From the IMG/VR virus record IMGVR_UViG_3300015262_000002, positions 1-39,827 of that record: a DNA stretch of 39,827 nucleotides. The stretch is one strand, 5' to 3'. Both the position numbers and the translations under genes were made by a program. Shown here piece after piece: positions 16,272-23,285 of the stretch (its first letter is position 1; each line of letters starts with the position of its first letter). Below the pieces are notes generated by a model. That model did not search any database. It was not told the origin of the DNA and worked only from the letters and a program-made list of their open reading frames with translations. This DNA comes from a virus (lineage: Duplodnaviria; Heunggongvirae; Uroviricota; Caudoviricetes).

Positions 16272-16300
16272 TTGTAACCTTTCTCTAAAAGGTATAGAAT
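16272..16300 (+). promoter_or_regulatory. Early promoter
   Basis: TTGTAA-N17-TAGAAT. Confidence 0.7.
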
Positions 16301-16350
16301 ACATTTAACGAAACGGGGAATGTTCCCCGGCTCTCTTCTGAGGTGACACC

Positions 16351-16539
16351 ATGAACACTTCCCATCAAGAGTTTGCAACCTTCAAAGCTACCACCAGCGC
16401 TTTGCTCAATAACATGGTGCCAGCTCCAACCATCCGCGAAGCTTCTGCTATCGTTGCTCAGGAAGCCAAGAAGTGCGGCTACAATCCAGCGGCTGTTTCG
16501 TTTCGTCTTTCAACTACTGGTGTTTTCACCGTCGTCTGA
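16351..16539 (+). CDS. Hypothetical protein
   Basis: GAGGTG SD. Confidence 0.7.
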   Translation: MNTSHQEFATFKATTSALLNNMVPAPTIREASAIVAQEAKKCGYNPAAVSFRLSTTGVFTVV

Positions 16540-16564
16540 TAATTCTCTAAAAGGAATCACTGTA

Positions 16565-16804
16565 ATGAAAACCATCTTGACTCTTTCAAATATCAATGTA
16601 AACAATTTCCGTACCATGCATGACATCGTTGGTACTGCTGGTTATGCTGGGAGCCTAAAGCTGGTTAATGAAGAAACATACACGGTTGATCTTGGCGATG
16701 TTGAATCCCGCCTTCGTGCCATGATAACCGAGCAAGAAGTAAAGATTATGATCGGTGAGCTAATCATGCTCACTTCCATCAAAGTTGAATCCAGAACAAT
16801 CTAA
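16565..16804 (+). CDS. Hypothetical protein
   Basis: AAGGA SD; start trimmed. Confidence 0.7.
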   Translation: MKTILTLSNINVNNFRTMHDIVGTAGYAGSLKLVNEETYTVDLGDVESRLRAMITEQEVKIMIGELIMLTSIKVESRTI

Positions 16805-16810
16805 ACCAAT

Positions 16811-16826
16811 TGTTCCACGTGAAACA
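16811..16826. promoter_or_regulatory. parS: parS-consensus palindrome, copy 2
   Basis: TGTTCCACGTGAAACA, identical to 13471-13486. Confidence 0.75.
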
Positions 16827-16828
16827 TA

Positions 16829-16850
16829 AAAGCCCCGAAAGGGGCTTTCT
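16829..16850 (+). terminator. Rho-independent terminator
   Basis: AAAGCCCC-GAAA-GGGGCTTT then CT. Confidence 0.8.
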
Positions 16851-16959
16851 CATACAAGCAATAATTATTCTCATTATCATCAGTTGTTAGCATGATGTAC
16901 CCGATTATCACAGATTGTTAGCAGAATCAACCTATTCTATGGGTATTTCTTGTACTGTA

Positions 16960-16989
16960 TTGACATAAACAGCATTTTCTTATTATAAT
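16960..16989 (+). promoter_or_regulatory. Consensus sigma70 promoter facing hairpin array
   Basis: TTGACA-N18-TATAAT. Confidence 0.7.
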
Positions 16990-16999
16990 GCCCTATGTC

Positions 17000-17736
17000 C
17001 ACCCGTAGTAACGGGTGAATAGGTATTAGAGAGACAGGAAAGAGTGGGGATAAACCCCACAAGAACAAAGAGTATGTATTAAAGAATACTATTATAACGT
17101 ATAACGTTATAGAATTACCTATTGTTATGTATACATAACAGGCGTACATATCAGATATAGAAACAGGGTAGTAACCCCTGTTCTCTCCCCTTGTATACGG
17201 TAGTATACCCTCTGTAACCTCCTACAGTACCACTCACTGCATAGCAGTGCAGTACCCCTACCATGTGCATAGCACATCATGTACCGCTTCTTACAAAGCC
17301 TTATAGACCATGGCTTACAAGCCATAAGCATATAACAACATGTCGTAATAACGACATAATAGTACCTATTCTGATATATAAGACTATTCGGGGATAAGCG
17401 TACATTGGGACAATGGGCTAAGCATCCCACACTCACTATCATCCCATTATATGGGATAGAGTATAAAATACCCTTGATTTATCAAGGTAAATAATAATCA
17501 ATATCATTTACTAATACGTGCATTCTGCACAAATAAATGGATAAAAGGTGTACATTCTGCCCGCATGGGCGTATAGTGAAACATTGTGGTAAGGCTGTGC
17601 AATGCAGCCATATAGAGACAACCACTCATACCCAACCCATCGATAGACAATACCTTCACGGTGCATACCAAGGGAGGGAATACAGCTGTGCGTGTAATAG
17701 GTATTATGTAAAATGCGATTGAATGCTAATCATTCA
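17000..17736. other. Gene-free array of about 18-20 short stem-loops
   Basis: Successive 4-8 bp inverted repeats with 3-6 nt loops; arms mutually unrelated. Confidence 0.8.
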
Positions 17737-17761
17737 CATATGGTGACCAACCGAATCACTT

Positions 17762-17778
17762 AGCAAGGTTTATGCCAA
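17762..17778 (-). promoter_or_regulatory. sigma54-consensus site facing hairpin array
   Basis: Minus strand TTGGCATAAACCTTGCT (GG-N10-GC). Confidence 0.55.
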
Positions 17779-17941
17779 CTCTAGGGATTTTAGAATTATA
17801 TCGACGGGTGGTAGCTGCCTGAAGTCCGGGGCGTTAAACTCATCAGAGCTACTTATGGGGTAATAGGGGATTTAGGGTTGTCGGATTTCCAAATGAAAGC
17901 CAAATTGAGAAGTGCAAAATAGGGAAAATGAAATTTCAGGC

Positions 17942-17968
17942 AAAAAGAAACCCTCGGTTAAGAGGGTT
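17942..17968 (-). terminator. Terminator of leftward genes
   Basis: AACCCTC-N6-GAGGGTT with TTTCTTTTT on minus strand. Confidence 0.8.
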
Positions 17969-17986
17969 GATAATAAAGTATAAAAC

Positions 17987-18532
17987 TTAAAGAAGGTGTT
18001 TCCAAGTCTTACCTTCTGTGATCATTCTTGCTGTACCCTCGGATATACCAAACTCTTTAGCAAGTTTTGTCCGTTGACCGTAAATTCCTTTTACTTCTTC
18101 CCAGCGTTTACGCAGTTCAATAACTAGATTGTCAGTCATGACAGCAAGATGATGATCTGTACCTTTTGCTACACTATCAACCACTTTCTCAAACTTAACG
18201 CTTCTTTGGTAGTGTTCCTTGTTATCATCAGGTAAGACCCATTCAAGATTAACCATTGTATTATTTTCGATATTTAAATCTTTGTGGTTGACTTCCAAAT
18301 CATCCATTGCTGGGTTTGGTTGGAATGTAATCATCACCAGACGATGAACCAACATTGACTTTCGTTTACCATCTCCGTAATATAGCTGGACAGTAGTATA
18401 CCCGACTGTGTTCGGACTACCTTTTAGAACCTTCTCAACCTTCCGGTATGGTTTTACAAGACTCTTAACCCTACCCAAATTACTCACTTGATAACAACCT
18501 TCAAACCCTGCGATATCTTTCCATTCTTCCAC
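17987..18532 (-). CDS. NUMOD4-HNH homing-type endonuclease
   Basis: EEWKDI...YQVSNLGRVKS; VHRLV ... VNHKD ... NN ... NLEW. Confidence 0.9.
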   Translation of the reverse strand: MEEWKDIAGFEGCYQVSNLGRVKSLVKPYRKVEKVLKGSPNTVGYTTVQLYYGDGKRKSMLVHRLVMITFQPNPAMDDLEVNHKDLNIENNTMVNLEWVLPDDNKEHYQRSVKFEKVVDSVAKGTDHHLAVMTDNLVIELRKRWEEVKGIYGQRTKLAKEFGISEGTARMITEGKTWKHLL

Positions 18533-18553
18533 TCTACTTTCTCCTTAAACGTG

Positions 18554-18576
18554 AAAAACCCCTACAATGAGGGGTT
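18554..18576 (-). terminator. Rho-independent terminator
   Basis: AACCCCT-CATTGT-AGGGGTT then TTT on minus strand. Confidence 0.8.
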
Positions 18577-18602
18577 GTTTTGTTAATCATTTGTACACTA
18601 TG

Positions 18603-18836
18603 TTAGAACCACCGTGAATCCTCATGAACTACAAAGTCATTGTACTCAGGATACGTTTCATCAATGTATACACGTAGTTCACTTTCGTTTTCTGCCCAGC
18701 CACCTACAATGTCTGTTTCAATCAGTACATTACCTAATGAATCGAACACAGTTAGCTCTTGTGCGCTGTATGAACAGCATTCACAACCTTCCACATAGCT
18801 GTCATATGTGTATTTGATTACGTATTGATTCGTCAT
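18603..18836 (-). CDS. Hypothetical acidic protein
   Basis: ATGA-coupled. Confidence 0.7.
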   Translation of the reverse strand: MTNQYVIKYTYDSYVEGCECCSYSAQELTVFDSLGNVLIETDIVGGWAENESELRVYIDETYPEYNDFVVHEDSRWF

Positions 18837-19327
18837 GCTGCTTTCCTTTTATCTGCTTTCCATAGTTGATTGGCGTGTTCTTTAACCGCTAATTGTGGTC
18901 GTCGGCGTGTGCACCATGCCTTGATTGCTTTTAAGTCTCTACGTTGTGCTTCTTCACACCATTTAAGTCTTGCCCATGTCAAATTTGTTTTTAGTTCAAG
19001 TACATCAACCAGTGTAAAGCGAGTACTTGACATCAACCAATGTTCTTTTGTGACATGTGAGTCATATACATTATATGGAACACGTGCTTTTACTTGTCTA
19101 CGTGTGCGATAGACATACACCTTACCTGTTTCACCTGACCTACAATCAGAGCCTACGTCAATTGCCGACATGCAATGTGCGGCTGTTGGTGCTACACATA
19201 TTCTTTTAGTATATGGTTCACCTTCTGACATTCCCCAAGGTTGACGAGGGTGTAGAGTCATTGTAGTACCCATATCTTTCTCGGTAATGAAATACCAATA
19301 CCTTGAGTCATGCCATTTCATGATCAC
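18833..19327 (-). CDS. Hypothetical protein (E-x-x-x-x-RICVAP motif)
   Basis: Coupled ORF. Confidence 0.75.
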   Translation of the reverse strand: MIMKWHDSRYWYFITEKDMGTTMTLHPRQPWGMSEGEPYTKRICVAPTAAHCMSAIDVGSDCRSGETGKVYVYRTRRQVKARVPYNVYDSHVTKEHWLMSSTRFTLVDVLELKTNLTWARLKWCEEAQRRDLKAIKAWCTRRRPQLAVKEHANQLWKADKRKAA

Positions 19328-19512
19328 ACCTTAATTAAAATGGCATTCCGCCAAACTTGTGGATAAGTTACAAACTCTCTCTGATCGATTACAGCATGTA
19401 CCCGGATACCAGATTGTGTATAACCATCCATGACGAAAGTAACCACGTCAAATACAAATGGTTCAATTTCCTCAAGTACAACTTTACCAAGATAACCTAA
19501 ATCAATGTTCAT
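19324..19512 (-). CDS. Hypothetical protein
   Basis: Coupled ORF. Confidence 0.65.
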   Translation of the reverse strand: MNIDLGYLGKVVLEEIEPFVFDVVTFVMDGYTQSGIRVHAVIDQREFVTYPQVWRNAILIKV

Positions 19513-19780
19513 TGTCGCTCTCCATTATTTCGAATACAGCACCTTCAATTGTAGGGTATGGTTGCCAGTGACTAACGAGATATAGTGAGTCATATCGATT
19601 CCCACTCTTTCCCCAAGTTGACCAACCTTCAGAATCAATATCATGTAGACGTGCTGCGAATACTTCTCGTAGTGGTTTCTTTTGTCTGTCGTACCAGTCA
19701 CCCATATTACGATCTTGAATGACTAACGCCCAAGTACCAATTGGTGGTAGTTCATCTAGAACACTAATCCATTCAGTCAT
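19502..19780 (-). CDS. DUF551-like protein
   Basis: N-terminal EWISV-x-x-ELP and C-terminal VSHWQP-x-P. Confidence 0.65.
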   Translation of the reverse strand: MTEWISVLDELPPIGTWALVIQDRNMGDWYDRQKKPLREVFAARLHDIDSEGWSTWGKSGNRYDSLYLVSHWQPYPTIEGAVFEIMESDNEH

Positions 19781-19938
19781 TGTGGAAATCCTTCAACGGC
19801 TTCATACCAATATGTGTTACAAGGCCACTCGATACCCAAGATTGTTACTTCTTCGATGACTAGTTGCTCACTGCTTATATCACCACAATAGACAACAATG
19901 TTATCTGGTCCACGATAGTAAATTTCATAGAATGTCAT
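19777..19938 (-). CDS. 53-aa hypothetical protein (not in track)
   Basis: ATGA-coupled to next ORF. Confidence 0.55.
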   Translation of the reverse strand: MTFYEIYYRGPDNIVVYCGDISSEQLVIEEVTILGIEWPCNTYWYEAVEGFPQ

Positions 19939-19954
19939 TCGTAATCACTCATAA

Positions 19955-20221
19955 TTAATCAAAGAAGTGAGGACAGTCTGTGTCAACCAGAGTTGGACCG
20001 TCTACAGGAATACCATATGTATCAAGTTCAATATTGGCAGCTTTAGTTGCCTCTTCGATTGTGCGGTAGCGGAAAATCGATGATGAGCCATCACCACCGT
20101 ATGTAAACCCAGTGATAGGAAACCAGTCTTCACCTTCTGGACACCAGATTTCTACTACTTGGTTTTCACCACATTGTACAACCATGTCTTCAAGATTATC
20201 AATCAGGTCACGAATATTCAT
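19955..20221 (-). CDS. Hypothetical protein
   Basis: ATGA-coupled to phaZ. Confidence 0.65.
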   Translation of the reverse strand: MNIRDLIDNLEDMVVQCGENQVVEIWCPEGEDWFPITGFTYGGDGSSSIFRYRTIEEATKAANIELDTYGIPVDGPTLVDTDCPHFFD

Positions 20222-21024
20222 ACAGCCTCCAAGAAAGAGTGGATAATGGGTGTACAGCGTTCGATGTCGGTCAGTAGAAACAGATGACCGTCATTAAATA
20301 CATGTTGCACACTGTTGGGAATCAAGTTGGACAACACATGCATGTTAACCAGTGGAATGATTGGATCGTCATTACCACACAGTACCAATGTCGGTTGTCT
20401 AAGTGTGTGCAACCAAGTTAAACTGCTCCAACCGAACAACGCACCCATTTGATACTTGTACCCTTGTTCAAATGTGGGTGTCTTATCTGCAATCATCTTA
20501 CGTGCGTGAGACAGTCCTAACTTCTTGTCATGTCGGAAGCTACCACCATAAATATCTGGCGTAATACGTGCTGCAAACTCCAAATCAGTGTAGCGTTTAG
20601 GACTAGACATCAGACCAAGCACTTTGAAACTAGGAGGAACAGAGAGTACACCATGTGATGTGGCAGCAAGAATCAACTTACGACAACGTGTCGGGAACGA
20701 GTAAGCAAATTGCTGAGCAAGGAATCCACCCCAACTTAAACCGAGTGCATCCACATATTGAACACCAAGTACGTCCAGCATCTTACTTACAGTCTGTGCA
20801 AGACCTTGCATTGTGTACGCACCTGTAGTTGGTAAACTACTTCCACCAATTCCCGGTACATCAAATGCAATCACTGACAACTCTGGTGGTAGACTGTCGA
20901 TGAATGGAAGTACTAGTTCCAAACTTGCACCAATCCCATTAAAGAATAGCACCGGTACAGACGAACCTTCTCGAATTGCTACCCGAATAACCTGACCATC
21001 TATATTTATTGTTCTAATGTTCAT
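20218..21024 (-). CDS. phaZ: Intracellular mcl-PHA depolymerase (alpha/beta hydrolase)
   Basis: FNGIGASLEL, FDVPGIGGS, GLSWGG lipase box, AQQFA, GNDDPIIPLVNM, DGHLFLL as in Pseudomonas PhaZ. Confidence 0.88.
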   Translation of the reverse strand: MNIRTINIDGQVIRVAIREGSSVPVLFFNGIGASLELVLPFIDSLPPELSVIAFDVPGIGGSSLPTTGAYTMQGLAQTVSKMLDVLGVQYVDALGLSWGGFLAQQFAYSFPTRCRKLILAATSHGVLSVPPSFKVLGLMSSPKRYTDLEFAARITPDIYGGSFRHDKKLGLSHARKMIADKTPTFEQGYKYQMGALFGWSSLTWLHTLRQPTLVLCGNDDPIIPLVNMHVLSNLIPNSVQHVFNDGHLFLLTDIERCTPIIHSFLEAV

Positions 21025-21302
21025 CGTCTAACTCCATATGTACGCATTGGTGGAGCAGGTGGAGGACTACCTGATATTCGAGCAGCCTCAGAAGCATGAC
21101 GATGATCAATTTGATCATTACAATGACTCACAGATGCGGAACAATCACCACACGAGTAATGATAGTCATAACGAAAGACAGGCCATTTATAACCTCTCTC
21201 TTTCTTGAAGTCTTGTTTGCAGAATTCACATTTACGCCAAGTGAAGAGAGCGTAATGAATTCCAACATCGTGTTTGTTCACCAACTGTACTCGCTTAACC
21301 AT
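21021..21302 (-). CDS. Hypothetical Cys-containing protein
   Basis: CEFC and CGDC pairs; start uncertain. Confidence 0.6.
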   Translation of the reverse strand: MVKRVQLVNKHDVGIHYALFTWRKCEFCKQDFKKERGYKWPVFRYDYHYSCGDCSASVSHCNDQIDHRHASEAARISGSPPPAPPMRTYGVRR

Positions 21303-21513
21303 AATAACCAACAACAGTAGGGTTTGGAATTGATTTTACATATTCCTGTTTATCAATCGCATCCTGTTTCCAACCAGCGATAACACTTTCACAATGTTCA
21401 ATCGTTGAATAGGCTGTTTCCAATGACCAGAAGAACAGAAACTCGCGTTTGTAGATACGGAAGATGTAATCGTCTGGGGCAGTGTAGTGTTTAACAATTT
21501 TGTACTGTTTCAT
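21295..21513 (-). CDS. Hypothetical protein
   Basis: Coupled ORF. Confidence 0.65.
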   Translation of the reverse strand: MKQYKIVKHYTAPDDYIFRIYKREFLFFWSLETAYSTIEHCESVIAGWKQDAIDKQEYVKSIPNPTVVGYYG

Positions 21514-21989
21514 GCTGGAATACCCTCGTAAATTTCATTGAAGTGACCACGGATAACCATTCGACGTAGTGCACTGTACATATAGTCACTCTCAGCCTGC
21601 TTGTTCGCATGGAATGGTTTGTCAAACCACGCTGTGTTTGGTGGAAAACCATGAACTTTCATTATACGCTTACCAGTTGTCTCAAGCAAACCCCATCCTG
21701 TTGGAAGTTCATCAACCTTGATTAATCCCTTTGGTGTCAGCATAAAACGCCAATCACCCATGCCAATTGATGGATTTACACGGAACTTCTTCTTCCTATC
21801 AGCTAAGAAGTCAGCACGACTCGTTTTGCATTCGATGAGGCATGATACACCACTTCGAAAGCCAAGGCAATCAGGCATTTCACCAGAGTTGGTACTTGCT
21901 CGAAACTTATCATGAAATACAACACCGAAACCATTTGACTTTAGGAACTTCTCGGCCTGTAGACACAGACTGTCGTGTGTAATTGTCAT
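21510..21989 (-). CDS. PD-(D/E)xK nuclease, MmcB-like
   Basis: EMPD ... IECKTSRADFLAD ... G-x-WRF ... ELP-x-GWGL. Confidence 0.7.
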   Translation of the reverse strand: MTITHDSLCLQAEKFLKSNGFGVVFHDKFRASTNSGEMPDCLGFRSGVSCLIECKTSRADFLADRKKKFRVNPSIGMGDWRFMLTPKGLIKVDELPTGWGLLETTGKRIMKVHGFPPNTAWFDKPFHANKQAESDYMYSALRRMVIRGHFNEIYEGIPA

Positions 21990-22261
21990 GGCGTGCAGAA
22001 CTCATTACGTCCGCAATAGTTTTCACTACCGTACATCTCACTTAGTTCACAATCTGGCTGATAACTTTCGCCGCATGACCGACAGTTCAAAGTCCAACCG
22101 CAATCACGAGCAGTATCATCCATAAATCCAATTTGATCGTTCTTCGAATGAACTGTTTTACGTAAGTCGTATACAATACCCAGAAGGTTACTGACTGTGG
22201 CACCTTCGGGTGAGTGTTGCGCACCTTCAAGGAACGTTTTTACAAAATCATCTTTCGTCAT
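21986..22261 (-). CDS. Hypothetical protein with C-terminal Zn-ribbon-like Cys
   Basis: CRSC ... CGRNEFC. Confidence 0.65.
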   Translation of the reverse strand: MTKDDFVKTFLEGAQHSPEGATVSNLLGIVYDLRKTVHSKNDQIGFMDDTARDCGWTLNCRSCGESYQPDCELSEMYGSENYCGRNEFCTP

Positions 22262-22722
22262 TAAATATTCTCCAGTCTAATTATACCTTCGGAACGTTGG
22301 TCCACTCGTTGAGCACCACAAACAACTACTTGCCAATCGCCTGCTCCTTGTGGATGTTCAAGTGTTCCGCTTATCTTGCGAAGTTCTTTGAACTCTTTAC
22401 CCCATGGACCAGTGATCAGCAATGTACGACAACCTGTACTCTTGGTAATACGATGAAAACTATCTTTCGGAATGAACAGGAAGCGTTTACGACTGCGTTT
22501 CAGTGGAACAATCTGATCTTGGTCAACAATCTCTTCCATGTAATCACCAGAAAGCAGAATGCTCACGGCATTGAAGGCGTGAGTATGGAATCGATCTTGG
22601 TCACCATCTGTTTTATGGAAATGGAACAACTTAATACTGAAGAATCGCTTCCATTCGAGAATAGTAAGTTCGGTAACTGACTGATCACCAAGATTGATCT
22701 TCTTAGTCTTCCAGAATACCAT
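22261..22722 (-). CDS. Cupin-fold protein
   Basis: FHTHAFN ... SG-x-Y-x-E ... FHRI ... TLLITGP. Confidence 0.7.
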   Translation of the reverse strand: MVFWKTKKINLGDQSVTELTILEWKRFFSIKLFHFHKTDGDQDRFHTHAFNAVSILLSGDYMEEIVDQDQIVPLKRSRKRFLFIPKDSFHRITKSTGCRTLLITGPWGKEFKELRKISGTLEHPQGAGDWQVVVCGAQRVDQRSEGIIRLENI

Positions 22723-22910
22723 TAGACAGTTTCCTTAACGAATATCTTCTGAGTGACATTGCTAATAAAGTAACCACCAAGCAACATGTACGTCAAGTTC
22801 TCAAATGCAGAAACCGGAAGTTTACCGTAGCACAACATGATCGTGAATACTGTTTGGAACACAACAGCAAGCCAAAACTTACGACTGATATATTTATCTA
22901 CAGTGTCCAT
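22722..22910 (-). CDS. Small two-TM protein (holin-like pattern)
   Basis: SRKFWL then two hydrophobic helices. Confidence 0.55.
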   Translation of the reverse strand: MDTVDKYISRKFWLAVVFQTVFTIMLCYGKLPVSAFENLTYMLLGGYFISNVTQKIFVKETV

Positions 22911-23110
22911 TAGTCAACAATCTCAATGTCAATATAACATTCAAGAATTGAAAGCATGTGACTTTCACTCTCACACTTGCTCAAGTCGATACCATGATGT
23001 TTACCAATGTTGAGCATATGCTGACCAATCCAAGTCTGAGTGCCCATGAATACATCATCCTGATACAGACTAAAGACCGTACAGGCGTCATCCAATTTAA
23101 TCTTGTACAT
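22910..23110 (-). CDS. Hypothetical protein
   Basis: Packed ORF; start uncertain. Confidence 0.6.
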   Translation of the reverse strand: MYKIKLDDACTVFSLYQDDVFMGTQTWIGQHMLNIGKHHGIDLSKCESESHMLSILECYIDIEIVD

Positions 23111-23285
23111 AGTATTCCTCTTCAATTTGTGTTCCCCAGATGGTCATTGCCTTATCCAGAGTGTAATAGTAAATATTGGCGTGTCGTTGAAATGTTAGAT
23201 CCTTTCGAATCTCTTCATTCATTGGTTGGTCACGCCAGAACTTTGGTGGATCTGGATTGCACTCAGGACAATTGTTCACTATCAA
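23097..23285 (-). CDS. Hypothetical protein
   Basis: Coupled ORF. Confidence 0.5.
   Translation of the reverse strand: MIVNNCPECNPDPPKFWRDQPMNEEIRKDLTFQRHANIYYYTLDKAMTIWGTQIEEEYYVQD

Noticed and set aside
6471-16564. Upstream GTG/TTG starts given by the ORF track (e.g. 6471, 6962, 13621, 15714, 16373)
   Set aside because: They run across promoters or other genes; downstream ATGs have proper SD spacing
16937-17722. Track ORFs 16937-17149, 17125-17442 and 17537-17722
   Set aside because: No SD, atypical composition, no coupling, and they overlap the structured non-coding region
17000-17736. CRISPR array or Racr-like repeat explanation of the hairpin array (17233-17250 loosely recalls the type I-F repeat)
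   Set aside because: No identical repeats or regular spacers; lacks the CTGCC-GTATA-GGCAG stem-loop
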